Shown here in pieces: positions 50,501 to 62,462 of a stretch of DNA of 64,000 bases (positions are counted from its first letter, which is position 1; the number at the start of each line of letters is the position of its first letter). The notes under the pieces were generated by a model. The model made no database searches, had not been told where the DNA came from, and saw only the letters and a program-made list of their open reading frames with translations. This DNA is from Selaginella moellendorffii (lineage: Eukaryota > Plantae > Lycopodiophyta). The translations under genes were made by a program, and so were the position numbers. The stretch lies in assembly GCF_000143415.4 (NCBI RefSeq), contig NW_003314309.1:1361897-1425896 (forward strand), in the 5' to 3' direction.

Positions 50501-52208
50501 TATCATGTAGCGATATTGAGGGACCAATCTCAATACGCGAGGGTTCTTGTCAAGCCAGTGCAAGACAGAGCAAAAGAGAACTAACAAGCCGGGCCAAGTA
50601 TGCTCAACTAAATAGACACTTAGGAATTCCTTCCTTATGCTCATCCGGCCAAGTACAGATGCAAAGTCTAGTTTACTAACACTTGAACAAGAGGGGCTAA
50701 TAAAGGGAACCAGCAATACCGACCTCCTACCATCGTGGCAGTAAGGTAAGAATGTCCGTAAGGACTAGTCGACAAGTAACTTTCGATACCCGAAGTCACA
50801 TTCGCGACAAAATCGGCCATGAAGATGAATGCAAAAGAAAGAGCAAAAGAAGAGAAATGACAAAAAGCTAGAAAGAAATGGTAGATCTAGACAATGCAAA
50901 AAGCTAAATCTAAACCAAAATCCTGAAAGGAAATAACAAAAGAAAGGAAATGGAAAAAGCTAGATCTAGACAATGCAAAAGCTAGATCTAAACCAAAATC
51001 CCAAATCCAAACACTCCCAGGGACAATCAAAGGTGCCCCTCACCTCCACCAATGTGAGTGCATGGAATATAGAAAGGGAATACAGAAATGTGCATATCAA
51101 TTAGCCCAAAAACCCTAGTTTATATACAGGAGCGAGTTAGTCTGAATTGAAACTAATCCGACGGCTACCAAAATCCCATTACGCTAATATTAGTATATGG
51201 CATCGTAGCCGTACACTTGGCCCTCACAAAAGTAATTGTATGAGCGCGAGCAAAGAGATAAAATCATGGTCTTTTAGCATGTACACCCTGGAACTTCCAC
51301 AGCGGCGCGTACATCCCAGCATAGCTCCTACAGCAAAAGTATCAGCACTGAGTGATAAAGAATCACTAAGCAGCACCACGGCATCGCACTGGCAATCTGA
51401 GCAGATGCAGAGCATTGCCACTTGATCTCCTTCCCAGATCGGCATGGCGATGCATGTGCCGCGAGCACGGAAATCCAGCTACCATCAAACATATTCGAGA
51501 AAAGAGGTTTCTGCTTTTCTCCTCTCAGAGTTGAAAAGCAGAAAGGTCAGTAAGACTTAAGACTTGAGAGGCGATCGAGTTGGTCACTCTACTAACATTT
51601 CTTGAAGCAGGCGATTAATGAGAACAACTTCTCATTCACGAAATTCCTGTGTTGTCACTGCTGATAACTTGAGTAACCTGTTTGCTATAAAGTGAGCAGT
51701 AAAGGTAGCAAATGTTTGTATAGCTTGAACATTCGTGCATATATGTTTCTTGTGAACAGCATGTACGACGTGGAAATGGAGGGTTTGGTTCGACAGTCGC
51801 AGAGTTTATTTCGAAATCCGATGTTCCTGGTCACTGCGCGAAGGTACATCCATGGCCAGCTTTTCTCTAAATTATTTTACGAAAGACCGAATGCCAGGTT
51901 TGGACAAGACCAAAAATGTGTGTTCGTTAAAGGCCTCACCAACGTTCTCATTCGCAAAATGGACCAGTAGTTTTGGTTTTCTGAGGAGAACGTATCTTTG
52001 AGAGCACGAAGAACACAATAAAATCTCGAAGACACTCGTTTTGCAAAGCTAGACTATATACATGTAAGTCAAGCCTGATAAAATGTTCTATCTCATTACC
52101 AGTTTCTTGGAAGGAAAGAACAATCTTTGGCGAGAGATTAAATAAAAGAGAGTAGATAAAAAAAAGAAAGAAAATCTTCTCGGTTTCTTTCGAGCTCTCC
52201 CTTCTTCC

Positions 52209-55200
52209 TCAAGTGGCAGCGTCGACGGACGGCGCAAGAACCGATCCCAGAAATGGAGACGCGCTCTTCTTTAGCGATCCGCCATTGACACTCGCCGGGA
52301 GTCCATTTCCCATGCTCGTCCATCCCTCCATGGAGTCCACCTCTACGTCCTTGTGCGTGTAAACAACTCCCCGGTCGCCTTGGACGACCTGACCGTTCCC
52401 TCGTAGCAACCTGGACAGGAGAAAGTGAGCGCCGGATGGAATCAAACCACGCAAGTCTCTATCATACCAGCGAGTTGTGAGAAGACCCTCTACGCCAACA
52501 GGCCCTCTTGCGTGGATCCGGCTTGTGCTGATTCCAACCTTGAAGGAAAGTTGGAAAAGCTTAGTATCATCTAATGCTGGAAATGTAAAAGAAAAAGTAC
52601 CTCCGCTCCGAGACCAAAGCGTGTTCCGTCCGAAAACCGGGTGCTTGCGTTGTGGAAGACTGCAGCACTGCCATTCCAATAACCGGGTTTCAAATCACAG
52701 CCAAAAGAGAAAAGAGAAGTCGGAAAAAAACAGCAAACCTGTCCAATTGTTGCAAGAATAGCTCCGCGACTTCCTTGTCCTCCGTTACTATGCAGTCGGT
52801 GTGCGCACTGGAAGAAACGACAGTTCGCAACAAGCGACATCAGGCCAGACAACGCACCTCCCGTGTTCGTGAATGTGATTTATGGCGGCGTGAACGTCTT
52901 TTACGACCTCCACGGTGCATGCTAATCCACTGTATTCATGGTGGAACTTGGTCATTTTCGGAATGTTGAGAAGCTTTGACGCTCTTTCCCCACCATTTAG
53001 TGTCACTCCTGGATAGCGGTTATAAGTTAGAAGAAAACAAAATGTGTAGCGACAAAACAAACCTGCAGACTTCAATGCGGACGCTAGCGTCTCCAAGCCT
53101 CCAGTATCAACTAGATCCTCATGGACCAGTAGAGTTTCCTGCATTAGAAAAAAAGGGAAAGAAAATAAGCGATCGGTCAGTAACTGAAATGCATGTGAAA
53201 CGGAATTCTGTACCATAGCGTTGCATGCGGCTGGATAATCTACTTTAGAATCAATGGCGATCTTTGTAGCGACGTCCAGACGGGCAGCCTTATCTACGTA
53301 GACATGGCAGATACCATCTAAAAGGTTTTCCATGTGTCAGAAACAGCTTTCGCAACGCGAGGACAAATTTTCGCAATGCGAGGACAAAAGTAGCATACCG
53401 GCATGGCCCAGCACAGGAATTTTCGTAGACTCCTTGATTTGTGAAACAAGTTTATTGCTTCCTCTTGGTATAACGAGGTCAATAACATCGTCAAGCTGAA
53501 ACCCATGGTAAGAAACGAGCTAACAGCACGAAAGTATAGTTACCTTGAGAAGATCTGGTATCTCATCCCTCGACGTAACAAGACCAATGAGCTCTTTTCC
53601 CACAGACTTTGGCAGCGCCTCCGTAATCACCTACATTTAGAAACACCACCGTGTAAAGGCACGCTACCAGCGACAACTTACAAACTGACCTTGTGCAGTA
53701 TGGCATTAGAACGGGTAGCCTCTTTACCACCCTTGAGTAGCAGGCCATTTCCACTTTTAATGGCCAGGGAGGCAATCTGCAAAATAGTAACGATATAAAG
53801 GGGACAAAAATTTTAAAAATCCAGCACCGTACCTGGACGAGTGCATCGGGGCGAGACTCGAAAATAACAAGTATAACCCCCAAAGGACAGGAAGTTTTGT
53901 CCAAAGTAAGGTTCTCCGCGACCTAGTAGTTGCAAAATAAGAATGTTGAGAATCAATACATCCCTTCTAATGAGCTCACTTCAGTCCTCTGCAAAATACT
54001 ACCAATTGGTTCTCTCATATCTGCGAGGGCCCGGACTGCCTTGGCCAAATCAGCAATCTGCAGGAAAGTAAAAAACAAGATATCGAAGGATAATGGCTAT
54101 AACAATCAACAAGAACAAACCTTGCCAGGCTTAAGAGTCAGCCTGCTGAGTAGCGGCTTTGCGATGCCCAACTCTTCGGCCAACCTTACATCTGCTTGGT
54201 TCTCACTTCGAATAGTCTCTTCGTTTCTCTCGAGCGCGTCTGCAACGTTGTACAAAATGTTTTGACGCTCCCCGGACGTGAGACTCTGCAAGCCAGGATT
54301 AGCAACTCCAGACGCGGTACGTTAAAAGACAAACTCAACCTGCAAGCGCCGACTTGAATCCCTTGCAGCCACAGCCATCAACCGGGCATCATTATTTATC
54401 GTAAGAGTCCAAATATGTGCATCCTTATGAAACAAAGTCCCGATAGAATCCCCCCTCAAAACCCTATGAAATCCGTCTGGAGTGTATCCACTGCGCACAG
54501 GAAGAAGAACCATGAGAAACTTTCAAAGTAGAACTCGACGTGTACCTGGTAATAACAACCGGAATACCAGCAGATGCAACTTCCCTCGCAGCAGTCACCT
54601 TGGTCGTCATCCCTCCTCTACCATACCTTGACTTCTCGCCAAAGGTGATGGTTTCGTGTTCAGCAGGAATGTACGTGCTGATCAATTTCGAGGAAGGATC
54701 GGAAGGAGGTCCCGTGTAAAGACCCTCAACGTCACTCAGCAGGATTAGCAGGTCCACTTTTAGTTCCAGAGCCAGCAAAGCCGCCAGGCTATCGTTGTCC
54801 CAAAAGATGCCCGAAGAATCCTGTAGAGAAAACGCTCGTTATGTTTCAACGTCATAGAAGTTTCAATATAACCAACCTTGTATGGAGCTCTCCTCGTACT
54901 CATTGCATCGTTCTCGTTAAAAATCGGCACAACCCGTAGTTGCAACAACGTATCGACGGTCTCACAGAGCTGCTTTCTAAACTCGGGATCAATAAATTCC
55001 CTGTCCGTCACAAGGAGCTGCGACGAAGCAACATCCAGCTGGAAAAACACATCCAAGGTGACCACGATCGAGAAAAGAAATCAATCATCGACCCAGCAAG
55101 AATTAAAGAATCAAACCAACCTGGCTGAAAATACTATCGTACAAAGCCATCAGCCCGGCTTGACCGATGGCAGCACAAGCTTTTCCGCTCAACTCGGCTT

Positions 55201-55820
55201 GCGGCTTTTGCAGATCTGCAAAGCTGGAACACAATCGTGAAGCTTGTCAGTTCTTTTTTTCATGTGGAAAGGTACCCTTTCCACATGAAGCTCGCAAGCG
55301 GGCAAGTCAAACACGACGATCACCAAAGCAACTTCACCTAAACAAACGAAAAGGAAGCAGAAGTGGTGAATGACTCTTCTAACTTGCCTGCTGTTCATCA
55401 TGCGCTGCTGTCGAAGCTTCTGACGCCCGACAGCCACAGCACCAGAGGTTACAACGATCACCTCGATATGATCATCCATAATGTCCTTCACCTGGAAAAA
55501 AAATTCCCCGTCATGCCTCGAGAAAGAGAAAAAAGAAAGAAAAAAATCGTCCTTTCCAGCGCGGGCAGCGAGGAGGAGGAGAAGAGCAAATTCTTGCTTA
55601 CTTGCTCGCACAATGCACCAAGCCGGCCAACAGCGAGCTTCCCATCCGGGCGCGTCACGACCGACGTTCCAACCTTTGGCAAAGCAAGCGCAAAGCACAA
55701 CGAGAATTTCTCAGACACCGAGAGGAGGAGAATCACTCCAAAATATTTCGCTCATACCTTGACAATCACGCGTCGCACATCCCTCGTGAATTCCCGCGAT
55801 GGATCGATCTGCTGCCTCAT
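52209..55820 (-). CDS. P5CS: Delta-1-pyrroline-5-carboxylate synthetase, multi-exon
   Basis: [104 protein letters not shown]. Confidence 0.96.
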
Positions 55821-56273
55821 TGTGGCGCGGGGGATAGATCGATCCGGCGGCCGCGCGACGGGAGGATTCCAATGCAGCTAGCTGGCGTGTGGCGCGGCGC
55901 CGCGATGGCGATGGCGATGGCGCGCGACCCAGTCAAGAAGAGCCCTAAGCGCTAAGCCGCCGTGAGCTACCGCCGCGTCCACTCCCTAAACAAGCAGCCC
56001 CTTGAAAGAAAGAAAATTTAGCAAAAATCGGTATATATACGAGTTTTTGTGCAATGGAGGAGGGCATGCGAGCTATTTAATGGAGAGTAGACAGTCAGTG
56101 AGCAGTGCCAGTCTCAAATATCACGACAAAGGCTCTTCTTTTTTTCCTTCTTTCTTTCTTCTGGTCCATGGATTCGCCATTCCAGCTTCTCGGCCATAGA
56201 GAGAAATTACTGTGCCGCGAGAGCGATGAACTTTACCTCGCAAGCACCGTGAAATTCATGGAGAGAGTTTCGC

Positions 56274-59200
56274 TTAGATGAAAACTTTGGTGGCCTCGTC
56301 GTCAAGTCTCTTCTCGCGCTTGGTGTGCACGATCTTTTCTAGCACGGCTTGTTCCAGCGGTGTTGGATCAGTGCATCGCTCGGCAGCAGCAGCGCAGACC
56401 TGAGAAAGAGAAAGAGCTTGTCGATAAGAACCGAGAGTTTTGTTTTGCTTGCCTCGTCGAGGAGGAAATCCACCACATTGTCATCGTCGACCACTTCCCG
56501 GAGCGGGTCTCTCAAGTACTGCGTGTCCAGTTGGATTTGCTGGAAGCCACAACGGCTAAACGTTTCAAGTCGGACGTACTCTTGGAAGCTCTTGAGAGCG
56601 ATCTTGACAACCATGGAGATTACCGATGCCTGGGAGAAGAATCGAAGCGAAAGACGAGCTTTAGAGCAAGTTGGTGATGTGAGTTTTTCATACCTGCGTC
56701 AGTTCGGGCCTGGTGAATATCTCAACTCTTTGCTTGAACAGCTTTGCTACGTCCCGCTCGAGTAAGTGCGTCTTTCCACGGTTGTTTAGCCTGCTGGAGC
56801 GAGAATCCCCGCGGGTGGTGTTACTGCTGCGAGTGGAGCTTGAGCTTCCGGCGCTATCAGAACGACGATGGCTCTTTCCAGGTTCCAATACTTGCTTCAC
56901 CTCTCCTTCCATTCCTTTCACCTTCGCAACCGGCTACGTGAGATCTTTGGACGAGAAAGAATGATACGCGTTACCTCGTCCAATAGCAAGTCTGCAAACA
57001 TCCGAACGTCCCTGGGCTCTTTGTACTGGTTGCAGAGCATTTCAGTTAGCCAGTCACCAGAGAAAGTTGGTATTACCTGGAGCCAGTTCGGCGTTGTAAT
57101 GCTCTTGCAGATCATGATGGAAAGCTTTCGTGATCGGACATCAATGAACTGCAAAGGAAGATATCAGCAATGCCTGACCAACATAATGTTTACTAACCTG
57201 ACGCAAAAACTTCTCTGCTGCAGCACGAAACGCTCTGCAAATCTCGGAAGGAAGAAATGCAGGACGATCACCCAGTGAACCACCAATGAAAGAATCGCCT
57301 ACTGCCTGCAAATTGATATGAGTATGAATTTCAGCTGATTATCCGCATAGTCGTACCTCTGTAATTCTCGGAACTCCTTCCTGCTCGATAAACGTAGACA
57401 AACGAGATAGAAGCAAGACGAATCCCGGAGCAGGAGAACCCAGGCGTTGATCAGAACCTTCGCCTTGGGTTGCACTGGCCAATGACAACGAGATGAAGTG
57501 GTCCACAAGGGATCCAAAAAACTCTTGAAAACCGCTTTGAACGAGGTCAATATAAGCGTCCCTCCAGCTGACCAGAAAATCCACACTGTCGTCTAATAGC
57601 TGAGTGAGGTCCTGTTAAGAGAAGGTAATGTGCCTTGGAATAAAACGAACTCCAAGTTAATACCTTCAGAACTTCAAGTCCCCCATTAACAATTAAATTT
57701 TGCACGTTTTCAAGGGATAGAAGTAACGGCTTTTGCTGGTCCTTGGCCTGCTCTTGCTTGGGAGAGTGAATATCCGAAAGAGCACCTGTTAAGTAGCTTT
57801 ATAACCAACTTTGAAGGGACTACACAAAGATCGGACCTGTTACTTGGGCGTATAGCACCTTGAACTTGTGGTTGACGTGTTGTTTAACAGCCGACTCGAC
57901 AGCCTGTAAGTAAACCAGTAAGCATTCCAGTCCTTGAAGGAAATAACAGACTCTAACCTGTATGGCACCGTCAATAAACCCGGCTTCCGGCATCACTTCG
58001 TGCATTTTGGCTACATCAGCAGATAAACTTTCTGCAAACGATCAATCAAAGTGATGAAAGGAGTGTCGAGACTGAAGGACACAAACTTAGTAAGGAAATC
58101 AACTCCGCGGCAGAAAGGCTTCCAGCTTCCGGCTGCAACGATACATTGACGTTTGCAAAGTACCTGAGAGTGATGAAAGTTAGGAAGTCACAAAATTGTG
58201 GCAAGACTGACTTGTCCAAAAGATCTTTCGCAGCTTCGTTAAGACGACTTTCCCCCGTTGGAAATATGGATCGAAATGCCGTTGCTGTTTGAGTAAATTC
58301 GGAAATAAATTTCTGTGAAAAATTCTTCAGTTAGTCTCACTTATGCATTGAATTACCTTAGAGTCATCGGGAGACTTGCTTTTGTGCGACAAAGTTTGAA
58401 GTTCTAAAAGGTGTTTCATGTTGCTTGTCAAGAACCCATCCATCAGAACATCAACCTAGGAAATAGTTCAAAGATAAAAATTGTAAGTACGTTACTAAAA
58501 ATCCATCCGGTATACAACCCCACCGGGAACTTGAGTTGTTGAAGCAAGGCCACTGCTTCAGCTCGCCCAGGCAATGGTTCAGAATCTGCTAAGAACTTGG
58601 CCTGGAAAAAAGTGTGACAACCAGAACTTCAAGAAAAAAACAGTAGAAAATGCACCTGAAGGCGCTTTGAGATCGTCGCAATCACCTCCTCGCTCTCCTG
58701 TTTACACGTTCTAAAAGACGAGCTACCATAAGTCTCTAATACTGGGCTCGCTCCCACGTAAAACTTCACCGCCTGAGCATAATCTCCTTCTTTCAAGCAC
58801 TTCCTCAAGCGTTTTGGGAGGTCAAAAACGAACTGATACGGCACTTTCCCAATCAGGCATAGAAACAAGGATAAGACATCGTTTCTTTACCTGGACTTTC
58901 CGTAGCAGACTTCGTGTGCCATTTAATTCTTCTATCCGTCCTCTTCTCTCAAACAGCGAGGCGTTTATGTTATCACTTTTCGTTCGCACTGCTGTCACCT
59001 AGCAATTCTGAAATCTATGAGCATGAGCTCAACGATCTCGAAGGCACTCCCACCTTTTCCAGAAGCTGCTCCATGTTGGATTCCATGCCCGCGACATTAT
59101 CCTTCATCCTGCAAGCTTCTACTGTCATACGTTTGCTAGAAAGTCCTGGAAGCGAAGCAAAACGAGTTTCACGTACACCTTGATAGTGTCTGTCGCACTG

Positions 59201-59590
59201 ATGAACTTGTTGTAGTTCTCGTACACCAGCATTTGCATATCACTGTCCAAGTTCTTGATCTCCGCGGCCATTTCGACGTGTTTCTTGAGCAAGGTCGGTA
59301 AATTCGTTTTCCTGACCTGCGCAGACAGACAAAAAGAAGTTTCACCTCTCGATCTCCCCCGGAAGTAAAAAATGCGGCAATGCAATGCTATGCACCAGAG
59401 AAGCCATGTAGCGCTCCGGCTCGAAACCCTTGGTGTTGATCTGGAGCAGAGTATCCCGGCGCCTGGCGCTGACACCTCCATCGCCGGGAGCATCCAGATC
59501 GAAGTCACCGGAATCGGACTCGTCGGATTTGTAGAAGCTGCTGAGGAGCTCCCGGACGCGCCGCGCCTTCTCGTCCAGATCCTCCGCCAT
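56274..59590 (-). CDS. VPS51: GARP/EARP complex subunit VPS51, multi-exon
   Basis: [74 protein letters not shown]. Confidence 0.95.
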
Positions 59591-59754
59591 GGGAGGAGGA
59601 TCCAAATCGCCCCCAACCCTAACCCTGGGTTTAGTAGCTACCGCCAAAAACCAAAGCTTAAACAGATCCTGCAAGAAAACTGAGACTTTCACGAAGTTCC
59701 AATTAATCTATAAACATCGATTGTCCATCCAACTCAATTGCCTCACAAATCATC

Positions 59755-60170
59755 ATGTCTCCTCGTGTTTCATGCTCCTCCATAGCTATCTTAGCACTAG
59801 TTCTAGAGATTTTGATCATGGCCGAGTCCTTGGATCATGATCATCGCACCGCATTTCAATCCTGCTGGCCAGATCCCAGCGCCTGGGACACCTTCAACTC
59901 CTCCATCGATGGAAGGCTCATCGAAGTCTTGCCTCCAGCGGCGCCCTGTCACAGCTTGCGAAATCGTGCGAGAGAAATGGAGCTCGCCATTTTGGAGGTC
60001 GGATCAGCCGCAGTCCAGCAACTGGGAAGCAAGCGGCAACCAGAGCTGCCTCATCTCCTCCCCTCCCAACTCGAGCTTCTCGCGCTCTGTTCCAGTCTAC
60101 TCTGTGAATGCCTCGACTCCATCTCACGTCCAAACTGTGGTGAAGTTTCCATCCGCCAAGAACATCCACA
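59755..60170 (+). pseudogene. Truncated, frameshifted duplicate of the 5' part of the FAD oxidoreductase at 62463
   Basis: CWPDPSAWDTFNSSIDGRL..PPAAPCH with deletions; upstream DNA also matches ~62400-62460. Confidence 0.9.
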
Positions 60171-61041
60171 CCGGGCGATCTGGCACTGGATCAGGCACTG
60201 GTGATGTAAGCTGGCCATTATGCCAGGAAATCTATCAATCAGTAGAACACTACAAGTTGTTTACTTTGATGTCCAGACTACTGCTCTCCTCAATGTCGAT
60301 TTATGGTCCTGGGAATTGATCGTTGACGACAACAATCTCAACTTTGTGCTGCATAGCCTTCTGATCTTCTCGGGTAATCTATGAAGAGAACAAATTGTTC
60401 TTTCACTTGGAAAATGGAAGAAAAGTACATTGAATTTGTAGAAATTTATTTGCTGTTTGTTCAAAATCCACATATTTCTATTGATCACACCGTTATCAAG
60501 ATCCATGAAACTAAAACACCCCACATTGAGGTTGTTTAAATTGACTACCTTCAAACTAACTTCTCAATATCTGAACAATACTTATATGGTTGAAACATTC
60601 ATGATGTTCCTTTTAAGTCTTTATTATCCAAGCAACCTTAAGTGAACACCCAACCGAAAACTAGATGGTTAATTATAAATTTTAATTAAGTAACATTGTG
60701 TTTGTTTTCTTGTGATCCATGCTCTTTTAATATGCAATTGTATTATTGAATAATAATACACTTAATAGTGAGATCTAAATGTACTTGAAAATTAAATCTT
60801 TTGATGCTTGATATGACATTTTTATATGCTTTGTTACGTACATAAAAAAAATTATGTAATATAACCATTCACGACATAAAGAATAAAATAATTACTTATG
60901 GTAGCTAAAAGTCATTCAATGGATATATTTTTTATGTGCTCAAGTATATTATATTTTTGTTTGCTTTAGGAATAACCAATTTGCAAGGGACAAGTAAATA
61001 AAAATACAGTCACATTTGATATATAAATGAACTAATATCCC

Positions 61042-61364
61042 CTACAATGAGTTCTTGGCGATAAAGTCACTGTGAAAGCTCATGTTCTTCATCTGGTGAA
61101 GCCAGATGTTGAGAGATCCAGCCGCAGTGCCAATGTCACACCCACAGCATTGGATCAAGATTCTCCATGCTAGATTTCCAATATCCTCGTAAACTTGGGC
61201 CATGTCATTCCAAGAAACAAGATCTTGCCTTGAAATCCTGTCGAGCTCCACGATTGTGGCCCCAAACTCCACACTAGCGCAACAATCATCGAAGTGGCGC
61301 TAATCTCAACATTCGATTGCCTCATGTTTAGCTGTGTGAACACCGCAATGAGCGTGTTCCACAA
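61042..61364 (-). pseudogene. Chimeric remnant: PPR-like fragment followed by an inverted FAD-oxidoreductase fragment
   Basis: WNTLIAVFTQ and DLVSWNDMAQVY (PPR-like), then TAAGSLNIWLHQMKNMSFHSDFIAK. Confidence 0.6.
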
Positions 61365-62462
61365 ACACAGCTAGTCAAAGCATGAGGTTAGAGACGCATA
61401 GTTGCATCAGTGCATTCCAAGCGACGACATTGCGTATGATTCAAACGGCGAGGAATGCTCTGGTAGCACGCACGAGAGCCACAGTGTATGGAGAGTTCTC
61501 ATCATTCATCCAAAACAGAGCTAACCATTCTTGCAGTCAGGCGAGCAAAAACCAAAAGAGCTTGTCATCGTGATAAGAACTCCATTCCATCGATTTTCTA
61601 GCCATTGATCTTCGTGCTAGCATGGGTTTAGCATGCATATGTAGTTGTGACAAGACCCATGCAACGTCATACCATGGCCTGTAAATTACATATTGGTTCC
61701 TTAAGCAATCAACATGTAGTATATGTACATTTTATCTCTACTTTATTTTCTTACAAATTAATTGTCATATGAAAGGAAACAAGGAACATAGTGACCAACG
61801 TTATCCCACTCTGATAGGGCCGTGACAAACCATCCCCGTATTTTCCTCTGATAATTCTCAATTGGAAAATCACTTGCAGAAAAAAAAAATGGATGATGAA
61901 TTCCTCCCCTCCTATTAAATAGAGTGGAAGTAACAAAAGGTGATTAGGACCTTTCATCCAAACCAAGAAGGTGGATTATTATGTTATGTTTTGGAGGTGA
62001 TTGCTCAGTTTTCTACTCCTACCAGGAGTGTCACATATCCTCTATTTCCAAAATTTTAACTTTGCTCAGTCACGACAACTGAGCAAAATAAACAACAAAA
62101 TAAACAAAACTCCTCTTGCTGAAGATTCTATAAAATAGAATTATAAATTTAAGCTAGGAAAGTTCCAGAGTTTTGTGGCTAACTTCATGGCATTGTCTGC
62201 TGCTCGTCGCGCAAAATCGATACCTTGCGTAGCACACCCGCTGTCCGCGACACACACACTGATCAATCTCCTTTGGGTTCATCCCATAGTCAGCTAGGAC
62301 TATAGACACGAGGAGGGTGTGGCTGCAAGCCGAGAAGATGCTGACGATCCCGTGTTACCTCGAGACTTTTCCAAGAGAGATAGTCAAACCATAGCACTTC
62401 CACGAAGTTCCAAGTTATCGATAAACATCCAGCATTCACACTCGATTGTCTCACAAATCACA

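Larger units (their letters stand above)
31898..50809 (-). mobile_element. LTR retrotransposon B with ~1.15-kb LTRs (31898-33063 and 49676-50809) and a heavily decayed Gypsy-like interior
   Basis: TSD AAATC on both sides; PBS TGGTATCAGAG on minus at ~49663-49673; PPT (ctctccccccc on plus) at 33064; only traces of pol (e.g. HHNFFF..CKTCDHC) in 45-49.6 kb. Confidence 0.93.
27294..51228 (-). mobile_element. Ty3/Gypsy element C (non-chromovirus-like); LTRs 27294-27468 and 51053-51228; gag split by element B
   Basis: ~175-bp TG..CA LTRs; 4-bp TSD AAAG; PBS TGGTGGAGGTGAGGGG; PPT; gag CWACDEVGHTYQHC, PR LVDTGS, RT FIDDILI, RH HVDASD, IN YHPQSNGLVER and WKGPY. Confidence 0.93.
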
